Below, piece by piece: positions 30,201-39,352 of a DNA stretch of 64,000 nt. Under the pieces are notes generated by a model. The model was given only the letters and a program-made list of their open reading frames with translations. It was not told the DNA's origin and ran no database searches. A program made the position numbers and the translations under genes. How positions within the stretch are numbered: the first letter of the stretch is position 1; every line of letters begins with the position of its first letter. Source of the stretch: Caldisericota bacterium (lineage in GTDB: Bacteria; Caldisericota; Caldisericia; JAAYUI01); NCBI GenBank assembly GCA_029548865.1, contig JAKPMO010000002.1, forward strand, positions 32,001 to 96,000, written 5' to 3'.

Positions 30201-32377
30201 GACTTTCCGAAATCGAAGGACCACGCTTTTGTTCCCAGAACAGCATCAAGGCAGATCAGCGAAGATCTGTGTATTCTCGAGTTGTCCTTTGATTCCCATT
30301 CTGCAACAACGAACAGCTTGCCCATACCGTTTATTGGCTGTGTGCGATATCTGACTACGGCCTCCGGGTTGTCATCCGGTTTGAAGCTGAAGTCCCAGCG
30401 TGGTTCCGGATCAGTAAGGAATTTTTCTTTGGAATTGGCGCCTGTTTTGAAGATGTTTTGCTGGAACTGCGTCCAGTCTTCGGTGTCAAATCCGCCAACA
30501 GTAAACCATACGTTTGTGGTCCTCACCTTTCCGCCGGCGTGACCCTGCAGTTCGATTACATATCTGTCTGCCTGTGTGGTGGTGTCTGTCCTGATGACCG
30601 CAGTTGCGTAGCCATCGGGTGTTATCTTGTCCGGAATGAAGTAGACCTGCATGCCCGGCGGGAGTGTCGACTGATTGGGATAGAAGGCCACCTCTGCATT
30701 GAATCCGCCGATAGCCTCGACCTTCACCTGGAACGATATCGAGTCTCCCTGGTTGACGTTTCTGTCAGGAGAGAGCTGGTCCGATGACACTGACAGCTTG
30801 AAGTCGCCTGCCAGTGGCGGAAGGACCTGGATCTGGATAATGGCGTTTCTTTCCCTGCCAAGCAACATTCCGCTTACGTTGCAAATGTAGTTTCCTGGCT
30901 GTGCTTCTGGTGATGCATCAATTATAAGATCAACTTCAACTGGTTCGATTCCAGGGAAAATGAATGGTTTTGAGAACTGGGCCTTCAGGGTGGTTGGCAA
31001 ACCAACCGCAGATAGTGTGAGCGGGTGAGAGAAGTTCATTGTGGCCGAAATAGTTACCTTGAATGATCTCTTGTTGCCTGGGTATATCCCCTCTGACCTC
31101 GGGAGTGCGTCTATTGTGAAATCATCATGATCCGAGAAGGCATACAACCTAGCGTCATTGCAGGCGCAATAAACCATGCCCTCGTTGACGATCGGGTGCC
31201 CGGTTATGGTGTTTCCAAGCGACTGCTTGAATACAACATTGCCCTTTGCGGCATCAATTGCATAAAGCATGTTTGCCGCGCCAAGGACTGCGTATTTTCC
31301 AGAGACTATGATGTCAGTGGTGATGGGCATTCCAAGTTTGTATGACCAGCGCATCCTTCCGGTTGGTGGGTCTATCATATAAACGGTGCCGGTGTCTGAT
31401 CCAATGAGGATTCCAGTGTTTTCTACTACTGGTGGGTTCACGACAGAGGGACCTGCTCTGTGGAATTGGTCAATCTCCATGTTCTTGCCCCAGATGACGT
31501 TGCCAGTCGTTGTGTTGATTCCATAGATTTTTCCCTTTGCACCGAGCACTGATTTGCCCCTTGAGGCGCAAATGAGGAGATTGTAGCTGGGGATGTAGCA
31601 CGGGGTGTTGTTGAACTCATATGCTTCTTTGTCGTCGATGACTGTCTGGGAGATGAGCTTTCCGGTCTTGAGGTCAAGTATTGTCAAAACACCCAGGGTG
31701 TTGAGCTGGAAGATTTTTTGCTCTGCAACAACAGGATCAGATTGTGGGAAGCCGTTGAAACCAAACCCCCATATCCTTGTTCCTGTCTTGTAGTCAAGGG
31801 CGAAGATCGCGCCTTTGTCCACGGTCACAAGGACCATCATCTGCCCTGGCACCAGGCCATCATTTTCACCGACAACTGTAGGGCCTGATGTTATTTGTGC
31901 TGTGCTTCCCTCCGAGCCTGGCGTCCATTGCCATCTCTGGGTGCCTGTTACTGCATCAAAGCAATAAAGCACTGACTGGCGTTCAATCTGTCCGCCGGTT
32001 GCCACATAGAGGTTCTGGGTGCCGACATTGATTGTTGGGGATGAAACCGGGAAATTTGACATTTCTGTCGTCTCCCAGAGCTCTTCGCCGGTCGTCCTGT
32101 CGATGCAGTGCACCTTGCGGTCGTTTGATGCGATATAGACCCTTGATCCGCAAGCAACAGGGGGTGTCGAGATATTGGCTATGCTCTGCCAATACCATGT
32201 TTGCAGAAGGGCGGGTGCATTTATCTGGGTGCCCTGGTAGACGCCATCCCTGAAGTTGTTTCCTTTTCTTGTATCAAAACATCCGTCCGCGGCGATGGTA
32301 CTCTGAATGGTTGCGGGGAACGGAACAAGTGGTGCCATTATGGCCACAGAAAGCAGCAAAACTAGGATCTTCTTCAT
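27248..32377 (-). CDS. Large secreted protein: two PQQ/BamB-like beta-propellers, about six Ig-like repeats, cohesin and C-terminal dockerin
   Basis: Signal peptide; many (C/A)xDxxTG..xW blades; DF.l...GF...V....LP.G....F.P repeats; EFDIIYDP..ITEG..ISGTG cohesin; GDVNGDGKVD..D / DFNEDGIVD..D dockerin. Confidence 0.88.
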   Translation of the reverse strand: MKKILVLLLSVAIMAPLVPFPATIQSTIAADGCFDTRKGNNFRDGVYQGTQINAPALLQTWYWQSIANISTPPVACGSRVYIASNDRKVHCIDRTTGEELWETTEMSNFPVSSPTINVGTQNLYVATGGQIERQSVLYCFDAVTGTQRWQWTPGSEGSTAQITSGPTVVGENDGLVPGQMMVLVTVDKGAIFALDYKTGTRIWGFGFNGFPQSDPVVAEQKIFQLNTLGVLTILDLKTGKLISQTVIDDKEAYEFNNTPCYIPSYNLLICASRGKSVLGAKGKIYGINTTTGNVIWGKNMEIDQFHRAGPSVVNPPVVENTGILIGSDTGTVYMIDPPTGRMRWSYKLGMPITTDIIVSGKYAVLGAANMLYAIDAAKGNVVFKQSLGNTITGHPIVNEGMVYCACNDARLYAFSDHDDFTIDALPRSEGIYPGNKRSFKVTISATMNFSHPLTLSAVGLPTTLKAQFSKPFIFPGIEPVEVDLIIDASPEAQPGNYICNVSGMLLGRERNAIIQIQVLPPLAGDFKLSVSSDQLSPDRNVNQGDSISFQVKVEAIGGFNAEVAFYPNQSTLPPGMQVYFIPDKITPDGYATAVIRTDTTTQADRYVIELQGHAGGKVRTTNVWFTVGGFDTEDWTQFQQNIFKTGANSKEKFLTDPEPRWDFSFKPDDNPEAVVRYRTQPINGMGKLFVVAEWESKDNSRIHRSSLICLDAVLGTKAWSFDFGKSVSEVDNFDDNEDKQWPVMCTPALDTENGYIYIGSLDGNFYCINTKTGQRVWSYNTTKPIRTSVLLLKQPEVPTKRVYFATVNGTVYCMAAHTDIDTIIWKQQLPASCYAPFSYAFNRVPQVNKGTVLVPCMDGKVYELDAQDGTKYWASEFFKSQPINACPVDVDKGEFYFAGAQGATDDNYCYGSSMIYRNNISDGSMRWQLATFGPTFGSPALRINPDKDVVHVNANWGITPEIRTQTNRFVRVESENRQKILDNVIGEWSCEKRQYSYGSVIIDKDAQSMVYNKDGQIYCFDPNGKTVFTIKTNRPSKSHLTFSRRMLYYATEDGHVMAWAQKWGFGLAPETGSPVICQGTSMPLNIFFRSEIPLKTAVRFKIIQAPPDTTTTFSPDTLSASGTTTLSISVGEGCPEGTHIMVIQAYGAGFERSATISLVVRKPAPGDFTFTANTTKVTLYAGEPAEIGLTIDAAGGFVGAVSLSIDGLPKGVTGSFAPIITPVPGKSKYKLDIAKNTAPGLYNLTFRAEGGCKSHTFPVTLVVEPPVPGDYRSKLANPDDRDIVMWLGETKEVGIAVDFLEGYNLPVTFEVLGKNDFPGVTFTFKPSEVVSSGVVSLVIQSEFLGQPIDGKRVTIVTNSGRKAPKMQVSFILTVKKEQGGFSISPKEGILQISAGQMAMAVFEVNMTSNFNASVAFSLNQREACKGIEYEFLPKRLAPSRLTQRVVCLIKVPPTFLDGDADALQKGLKECLFQTVGIGGGQRVASRDVLLRVYKTDSPQMVKFTPEYKGLKKKASDTVDIEIGNLTNACAVEFDIIYDPLAIEIIDITEGPLMTTDLKRSAFVRTVDSNIGIAHVASTREQGAGPISGTGVFCRVQVKGTNITQETRVRIANIKVFDCNNGFVSVRTMTGTEPTLKLTVSGFLPGDVNGDGKVDTQDLTLLGKTFGLSRGDPNFDARADFNEDGIVDGMDLIILCMNWGATLGDESATP

Positions 32378-32388
32378 GCTTTCCTCCT

Positions 32389-33885
32389 TTATCTCTTCAC
32401 GTATACTATCGTGACCCTGCGGTTTGCCGAGTCGTAGTCTATTGTCGCACCAAAAGATTCTGCAATGAACCTTATTGGAACCATTGTTCTTCCGGAAACA
32501 ATTTGTGGTGGTACGTCAAGGAACATTGTTTTTCCATCAAGCGTGTAGTTCTTTTTGTTTATCCAGAGCCTCAGGTGGTGCTGTATCGGTGTCCCACCCT
32601 CTTTGACTGTCCAGATAATGTCGACACGTTTTTCTGTTGACTCGTAAGTTGGGTTCATGCCGAAGGCCTCAGTGATGAATCTTAGTGGGACCAGAACACG
32701 GCCTTTGATGTTTGTTGGTGGTGGGTCAATTATGACGACGCTTCCGTTGATTGTTCCCTGGCGCTGGCCTTCATTCATTATGATAGTAGTCTTCTTGATG
32801 AGCGACACGGAATGTGTTTCCTGGACTATGTTGCCGGCCTTGTCGATTGCCGCAACATGAACGGTATTCGGGCCTTCCACGAGCCTGAGCTGGACACAGA
32901 AGGTACCATCATTGTTTATTGGTACCCTTGCACCCTGCACGAGGAGCGAGATTCCGGTTTCCGGTTTTTCCGTTTTGCCGCAGAGATTGTATGTGATTTC
33001 TTCAACTTCTGGAGGTATTGGGGCAAGCTCAAGGATTGGCGGGGTCGAGTCATAATTTATTGTCACACATGCAGGTTGGGAGACGTTTCCAAACTCGTCC
33101 CTTGCCCTGACGCAGAAGGTGTTTTTGCCCTGGGCACCAAACGTGTAGGAATAGCAGGTCTTGTCCATCCAAGGTGTCCATTCGCCACCCCTGATCGGGT
33201 CTTCAAGCCTTACCGAGTACTGGATTTTGTCCTGAGGGGTGCTGTCATCTGTCGCCTGGTAGCAGAATTGTCCTATGACCTGGTTTGTTTCTAGAGGTGG
33301 GCTTTTGGTTATGGTCACGTTCGGGGCGATATTGTCTTTTGCACAGATATTTATTTTTGATTCTTCCAGTTTCACCGGGACTTTTTCGAGAGAGGTTTCG
33401 CCCTGTTTTGTCTGGAGGTTGATCAGATTGACTTCCTTGAAGCCGAGCGCGCACTCGCCAACCACTTTCACCTTTGCCGAGAAATACAAGACGAGACCCT
33501 CTCCAGCTATTGGCCCGTATGAATCGTTCTGGTCATTGAATCTGGTAATGCCAAATATCAGCTTGCCGACCTTTGGGTTTTGCGGGTCAGTGGTCACCTT
33601 GCTGGCAAAATATGTTGTGGCGCCATCTTGCCTGAAGAATTCGCCCTCAACCACCTTGTCAGGGTTGATCTCGAGATATTGGGTGTCAAAAAGTATTTGG
33701 GCACCGATCCCGTAGGCGAAGGGACATTCAGTTATCTTCACCTGCACGAGGATCTCAGAGCCTACTGTTACACACTCAAGCTGGGGTGATATCCACAGGG
33801 TCGCCATGTCCTGAGACGATGCTGTCCCATAGAATCCACCCAAAACAAGAAAAAACAGCAATGCAAACGTTGCCAGTTTTTTCAT
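32389..33885 (-). CDS. Secreted cohesin + Ig-like + stalk domain protein (anchor-scaffoldin-like)
   Basis: Signal peptide; ILFDTQYLE..VVEGEFF..GITR..IAGEG cohesin; RVLVPLRFITEAFG and RTMVPIRFIAESFGA stalk motifs. Confidence 0.85.
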   Translation of the reverse strand: MKKLATFALLFFLVLGGFYGTASSQDMATLWISPQLECVTVGSEILVQVKITECPFAYGIGAQILFDTQYLEINPDKVVEGEFFRQDGATTYFASKVTTDPQNPKVGKLIFGITRFNDQNDSYGPIAGEGLVLYFSAKVKVVGECALGFKEVNLINLQTKQGETSLEKVPVKLEESKINICAKDNIAPNVTITKSPPLETNQVIGQFCYQATDDSTPQDKIQYSVRLEDPIRGGEWTPWMDKTCYSYTFGAQGKNTFCVRARDEFGNVSQPACVTINYDSTPPILELAPIPPEVEEITYNLCGKTEKPETGISLLVQGARVPINNDGTFCVQLRLVEGPNTVHVAAIDKAGNIVQETHSVSLIKKTTIIMNEGQRQGTINGSVVIIDPPPTNIKGRVLVPLRFITEAFGMNPTYESTEKRVDIIWTVKEGGTPIQHHLRLWINKKNYTLDGKTMFLDVPPQIVSGRTMVPIRFIAESFGATIDYDSANRRVTIVYVKR

Positions 33886-34006
33886 AATTCCTCCTTCCCA
33901 AACACTTGGTTTTGAAAACCTATTACGGAAAGAAAAAATACATATTGGTTTATAAATACCACTCTTTTGCCGGTCAAACTTAAATACGTTTCATCAGATA
34001 TGCGGT

Positions 34007-35446
34007 TTAATACCATTTTGTCAGTAACGCCCCCTGATAGTAGTGGGATATAATCTGGGTATACGTTTTCCCGGATTGCGCCATGGCCTTGGCACCGTAC
34101 TGGGAGAGTCCGACGCCGTGGCCCCATCCTCTTCCGCAAAAAACAACAAATCCTGAAGCAAAAACCACATCAAACCAGGTACTGTTGAGTGAAAATGCCG
34201 ACCTTACGGTTCCACCTGAAACCTTGGCTTCACCTTTTGTACCGATGGCAGACCCTGCATAGGTCCTTCCGGAGACACCCAGTTTTGTTGGTTTCCAGTC
34301 GATTATTTCCCCTATGTCTGTTTTGACCAGCGGTTTGAATATCTCCTGGAACTCCTCCATGGGCACCGTCTTAAACCATGTGTGGCGCGGCGATTCCTCC
34401 TCGCCTGGCGAAGGGACACCTTTCAGATACGGGGTCGGGCTCGAAAAGACGTATTCGGAATTTTCCGTGTAACCGCCAGAGTTGGCAAAAAATACTGCAT
34501 CTATTGGTTTTCCCTGGTAGATGGCCACCATCCCCCTTGTTTCATCAATTGCTTTGTTTGATTGCGGTTGCTCACGATCCAGACCGCCGTACACCTGACA
34601 ACCGGTGTCTGCACAGATGTCGTAGGCGTAGTTTGTTGGCCTGTCGATGTAGCGTATTGCGTATGTTCTGGCCGCAACGGTCTGCGATTTGACCGCTTCA
34701 ATGTGCCATAGTGCCGGCATCTCTGCAGGAACAACACCCCTCAGGTAGTCTTCAAACGGAAGAGTGTTGACCATTACAAATTTTTCGTTCGAATAAAACA
34801 GCTCAAGTATTCCCCGGTACCTTCTGCTGTTGTATTTTGCGTATTGCCCCTCTTTTATTTCAATCGCAAATATTTTTGTGGCCTTTCCGGTCACGATAGG
34901 GTGCATGACGATGTTGTCGCCGATCTTTACTGTCAAACCAGCATGCGCAACGACCGCTGCTTTTGGGAGATCGGAGAGGAAAGATTTTATGGCGTTTTTT
35001 GCCTCGTCCTCTGTCGGGTATTCGCCAATCTCGAGTGAAAAAACACCCTTTTGCGAAACGATATTGTAGCTAGTACCAGCCGGGAACCTCGAAAGCAGTG
35101 TTTTGGCAAAGTTCTCAGCGTCCGTGCTGGTGTAGAAAGTGTCTATGAATACTGAATAAACTGCTTTTTCACCGTCCTGGACGAGGCATTTTGTTTCCTT
35201 CTGGAGAGTGCATGCTACCTTCCCGCTGGATGCTTCGACAACAGAGAACTGGTCTGTTCCGCCAATGGTGAATTCTTCGGCAATTGACCCCAGCCCAACC
35301 CTTATGGCTGGTTCTTTGCTTGCCGATATGGTGAAGGGGAGCGTTAGGCTAATAGCCAAGCACAAGGCGAGTGATTGAGCCGTAAATTGTTTGAATTCCC
35401 AAGAAGTTGTTATAGACCAGACCTCCGAAGAATGATTGTGAAACAT
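34007..35446 (-). CDS. SpoIID/LytB-domain lytic transglycosylase with SPOR-like domain (start uncertain)
   Basis: EDYLRGVVPAEM, KSQTVAARTY, CQVYGG, GWGHGVGLSQYGA. Confidence 0.9.
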   Translation of the reverse strand: MFHNHSSEVWSITTSWEFKQFTAQSLALCLAISLTLPFTISASKEPAIRVGLGSIAEEFTIGGTDQFSVVEASSGKVACTLQKETKCLVQDGEKAVYSVFIDTFYTSTDAENFAKTLLSRFPAGTSYNIVSQKGVFSLEIGEYPTEDEAKNAIKSFLSDLPKAAVVAHAGLTVKIGDNIVMHPIVTGKATKIFAIEIKEGQYAKYNSRRYRGILELFYSNEKFVMVNTLPFEDYLRGVVPAEMPALWHIEAVKSQTVAARTYAIRYIDRPTNYAYDICADTGCQVYGGLDREQPQSNKAIDETRGMVAIYQGKPIDAVFFANSGGYTENSEYVFSSPTPYLKGVPSPGEEESPRHTWFKTVPMEEFQEIFKPLVKTDIGEIIDWKPTKLGVSGRTYAGSAIGTKGEAKVSGGTVRSAFSLNSTWFDVVFASGFVVFCGRGWGHGVGLSQYGAKAMAQSGKTYTQIISHYYQGALLTKWY

Positions 35447-36047
35447 AAGTTCCCACAGGCGACTTGCCAGCAACGCCCATGGGGAAAAGTGCTGCAAAAA
35501 TGGCCAGGATGCCAAACCCGATAAAAAAGGCGAGAAGGGCATAGGTTGCTCCGCCAAGGAGGTTGTCGAAATCGTGGACAAAACCCTCCTGCGGAAGTGA
35601 GAGTTTGGTTCTTTCAACCAGCATCCTTGTAAAAAATCCGATTATCATGAGCAATAGCATGAATACTATCACTACGATTATCGTGTTTGCGACCCAGTAA
35701 GAGATGAGGTCGCCAGTTGTTGAAACCACATATCCCTGGTCAACAACCCTTCCCAGCATTCCCTTTGCCCATGGCGGAAGACCGCATTTAACCAGTGCAT
35801 CTGCAACAGTTGAACAGCCCTGAAGTGGTGTTCCCGGTATGGCAGGGGAGAGCAGTGATGCCAGCCACGAGACGACACCAAACAATGACTGGAGGAGATT
35901 CTTTACTGGAGCGGCCAGCAAAAATGCCGCAATCCACGCAATCAGTGTTGCAAGACTACCGAGGATTGCACCGGAAAATCTTATAATGAACCCCTTGACG
36001 GCCATGTACAGGACAAAAGCTAGGAAGATGTAATCAATCCAGTTCAA
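35349..36047 (-). CDS. CvpA (colicin V production) family membrane protein
   Basis: MNWIDY...KGF N-terminus; DNLLGG motif; 4 TMs; GGAGG RBS. Confidence 0.75.
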   Translation of the reverse strand: MNWIDYIFLAFVLYMAVKGFIIRFSGAILGSLATLIAWIAAFLLAAPVKNLLQSLFGVVSWLASLLSPAIPGTPLQGCSTVADALVKCGLPPWAKGMLGRVVDQGYVVSTTGDLISYWVANTIIVVIVFMLLLMIIGFFTRMLVERTKLSLPQEGFVHDFDNLLGGATYALLAFFIGFGILAIFAALFPMGVAGKSPVGTYVSQSFFGGLVYNNFLGIQTIYGSITRLVLGY

Positions 36048-39004
36048 TCACCCCTCCAGACAATTGTTGCTCTTGAATCTCCAACGTCTCCGCCAAAAGC
36101 GGTTACCAACGCTCCAAGAGGAATCATTACCACATTGTCTTTTGCTTCAGGCGGATTGCAGAATGACGCTTTGCCATCCACTATAATAAATGGTTGTCCA
36201 ATCATCATCAGGACAGCCTTCTTATCGAGTGTAAAAGTCAGGTTCTGCCCTTTTTTGTCAAATGTGATCCCATCAGCAAGGAGGCCAAGTTTTGAAGCAT
36301 CAACCATTATCTCATTGTCGACAATTGTAAACGAAACATCAGGCATCTTTTTGCCGTTTAAGGTGATGCCGGTGTTGTCCCAGGAAATTTCTGCTTTTCT
36401 GAGAGACTGGAGGTTAATTGTAAGGACTGTTTTCAAGCCTGCTATGTTCAGGACAGTTATTGAAACAGAGTTGTCGCCCCTCTTGAGCGTGGTTTGGAAA
36501 CTAAAGCTGCCATCTTCCTTTATTTCCAATGGTTTCTCAGAGTTTAAAACAACCATCTCAAAGGCCTTTTCGCCAAGACCTTGGAAATCAAAGAGCGGGT
36601 CCTTGATTGAGCCAGAAAGGGTCACAGGTCCATCAAGATTGTAGAATTTCCCATTTGTTGCATTCAGCTGGATCAATGGGGCTTTTGTTGTGGCCATGAA
36701 TTCGATTGGCCCAAAGTGTTCCCAGTTTGCCTGTTCCTTTGGGTCTCTTCCGGTTACGAGGGTGTAGAGGTGTATCCTGTAAATTCCGTCCTGGATTTTC
36801 ATTCCTTCTATACTGCCGTCCCAGCCGAGGTCCCACATTCCACCACCCTGGGTCCCGTAGGAATAATCAAGGATGGTCAAAATTTTGTTGTTTGTATCAG
36901 TTAGATCCAGCTCGAAACCGTCCACCATTTTGTTCAGGGACACCGTTGCACTCAGATAATCACCCCTTCTGTCGCCATTGGGCGAGAAGGTCGGCAAAGG
37001 CATCTTTATGTCAGAAACCGTTGGGGGATCGGGTTTGTCTCCCGTGAAGTAGAGGTAGGCCACCCTGGCTTTTGAGTCGCCATAGTCGAAAACGAGATAA
37101 CCTGCGTGCGCCCCAGCCGTTGATGTGTCTGGCGCGATGTTGGTTGTGAAAAGCTTGGATTCGGACGCTTTGAGTGTGATTTCGCCAATTTTTGCTGATT
37201 GCCCGCCCTCTGGCTCGTTGGTCACTGTTACTTTGAGCGGGGCTTTTGTGATGTTTCTGATTGTTACCGATGCAGTGGAGTCAGATTTTATGTATCCAAG
37301 GTCAACTGATGTCGGGCGGAAGAGCGCCTTCGCGCCTATGGATGAAACAATGTCGATCCTTCCGGTGCCCTGTGAGAAGACCGGGTGCAAATTCCCTTCT
37401 TTGTCTTTTTGTGGAACAGCATAGTTTATTATTGCCGACCTCACATCAAACGGTGTCCATTCGGGATGGGCCTGGATGAGTATGGCGCATGCGCCGGAAA
37501 CCATTGGAGTGGCCATGCTTGTCCCGGACATTCTTACATAGCTGTTGCTGCCGACAGCCGAAAGGACGTTGACACCAGGTGCAGAAACATCAGGTTTTAG
37601 CCTGAAATCGTTTGTCGGGCCCTGTGAGGAAAAGCCAGCCATCAGGCCAAGCTTGCTCTTGACATCCAGGGTTGCGTTATTGCCGGTGGAGGCAAACCCA
37701 TTCAGCTTATCGCCTATATCGCTTGATATACCAACAACGGGGATATTAATGCCTGAAGAACCAAGTGTTCCCTGAACATCTCCCTCCTCATTGTTGAAAA
37801 TGACGCAGGCCAAAGCCCCTTTTGATTGTGCATTGGTCGCCTTGTCAAAAAATGTGTTGTCGCCCCTTTTGATGAGGGCAATTTTGCCAGTAAGATCAAT
37901 ATCTTTTACATCATCAGTCTTTCCAAGGCCGCAAAAAACCAGTGGGCCTGTGATTGGGTCATCTATGGGTTTTGAATAGGTGAGGTATTCTGGTAAACAA
38001 TCAACATTGCCAGCCACCAGGTGCGGGTATTGCGAATCATCAACAGCCCCGACGCATATTGCATTTTTTGCTCCGCCTGGTGAGATTATCTTGTATGGGA
38101 GCTCGTCTCTTGACAGGTCACCATCATTCCCGGCCGCGGCCACAACGACAACTCCATTTTCGACCACCCTGTCTATCAGCTTGCAAACGGGCTCATCGGC
38201 CCAAACATAGTTGCTTCCAAGGCTCAGGGATATGACCTTGCATCCGTCCTTGTAGGCCCTCTCTATTGCGGCTATTACCCTGTCGTTCCTTGCCCCGCCA
38301 CTTTTGCCAAAGACTTTGTAGGCGCCAAGTTTTGCATCGGGTGCTATTCCGCTTGGGGCTGGGTCTGAACTGGGAACTCCGGGGAGCCCTGAACCAGCGA
38401 CAATTCCTGCACAGTGTGTTCCATGCCAGCCAACATGTCCTGGTTCTGGCATTGGATCATCATCCATGTTTGCAAAATCGTAGCCAACACAAACTTTTGA
38501 GTCAGGGTTGAATCCCCCTGAAAGCGATGGGTGGTCGTAGCTTATGCCGGAATCGACAATGCCAACGAGCACATCCTTGCCGGTTAAAGGTTGTCCCTGA
38601 CCATCTTTTATGTCCCAGGCTTCCTTCGCCCTGGTACTTTCTACAGACTCAAAAAGTACTGGATAATAAAACTTTGTGAAATAGATGTGTTCCACATCGG
38701 GGAGCGATGCCAGGCCATTTATCTCGTCCTGTGCAACATTTACCGAAAAACCAGAGGAGAGAACCGAGTACTCAAAATTGACTGATGCTGTCGGAAAGTT
38801 ATTTTTTAATGCCTCAAGGAAACCCTTGTGCTGGCTGGCAGTCAATATTGAGCTTGTTTCACCCCGCCCCGTATAGTCGGTGAGCTCGACGATGCAGGTG
38901 ACTAAATTCTGTCTGGCCTGTGTTGGGAAAGGGGCTGAAAAATTCAGCGAAAAAAGAACCACAGCTATTAAAATGGTACATACGACGGGCACTATTCTCC
39001 TCAT
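36044..39004 (-). CDS. Secreted S8 peptidase (Vpr-like) with PA, FlgD-Ig-like and degenerate stalk domains
   Basis: GIVDSG / HGTHCAG / GTSMATP triad; GKIALIKRG PA domain; FSPNGD..WDG; VMIPLGALVTAFG. Confidence 0.92.
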   Translation of the reverse strand: MRRIVPVVCTILIAVVLFSLNFSAPFPTQARQNLVTCIVELTDYTGRGETSSILTASQHKGFLEALKNNFPTASVNFEYSVLSSGFSVNVAQDEINGLASLPDVEHIYFTKFYYPVLFESVESTRAKEAWDIKDGQGQPLTGKDVLVGIVDSGISYDHPSLSGGFNPDSKVCVGYDFANMDDDPMPEPGHVGWHGTHCAGIVAGSGLPGVPSSDPAPSGIAPDAKLGAYKVFGKSGGARNDRVIAAIERAYKDGCKVISLSLGSNYVWADEPVCKLIDRVVENGVVVVAAAGNDGDLSRDELPYKIISPGGAKNAICVGAVDDSQYPHLVAGNVDCLPEYLTYSKPIDDPITGPLVFCGLGKTDDVKDIDLTGKIALIKRGDNTFFDKATNAQSKGALACVIFNNEEGDVQGTLGSSGINIPVVGISSDIGDKLNGFASTGNNATLDVKSKLGLMAGFSSQGPTNDFRLKPDVSAPGVNVLSAVGSNSYVRMSGTSMATPMVSGACAILIQAHPEWTPFDVRSAIINYAVPQKDKEGNLHPVFSQGTGRIDIVSSIGAKALFRPTSVDLGYIKSDSTASVTIRNITKAPLKVTVTNEPEGGQSAKIGEITLKASESKLFTTNIAPDTSTAGAHAGYLVFDYGDSKARVAYLYFTGDKPDPPTVSDIKMPLPTFSPNGDRRGDYLSATVSLNKMVDGFELDLTDTNNKILTILDYSYGTQGGGMWDLGWDGSIEGMKIQDGIYRIHLYTLVTGRDPKEQANWEHFGPIEFMATTKAPLIQLNATNGKFYNLDGPVTLSGSIKDPLFDFQGLGEKAFEMVVLNSEKPLEIKEDGSFSFQTTLKRGDNSVSITVLNIAGLKTVLTINLQSLRKAEISWDNTGITLNGKKMPDVSFTIVDNEIMVDASKLGLLADGITFDKKGQNLTFTLDKKAVLMMIGQPFIIVDGKASFCNPPEAKDNVVMIPLGALVTAFGGDVGDSRATIVWRGD

Positions 39005-39352
39005 GATAAGCAATCATATAACACTTTATCTGACAATTCAAGCCCGATGCTCATTGCGTCGATGTTGAAAAATATTTTTGCCAAAAAACTTAGCACTGAT
39101 GATGTTTTGTTTTATATGGCCCATATGTGGCTATATGTGCAATCTTATACAGCAGTTTTGACTTTGTGTTTCTAAATGAACTATATGATTACATTTGGTG
39201 TCTTTTATAGCAAATAGTTTACATTAGTTAACTTCCTGGTTGGAAAAAGAAAATAAATTATTGATTGCTGTGAATAAAAAACACAGCGTAAAAATTTCCC
39301 AATTATGACTTGTTTATGAAAATAATTTACATTAACCCTTTTCCTCAATATC

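Noticed and set aside
35447..35617. Long N-terminal extension of the SpoIID ORF
   Set aside because: Overlaps the CvpA gene in another frame and has no recognisable features; the true start is likely near 35446 or later.
39005..39352. AT-rich intergenic region as oriC
   Set aside because: Only one good DnaA-box-like 9-mer (TGTGAATAA near 39269) and three TTACATT copies; no box cluster and no dnaA.
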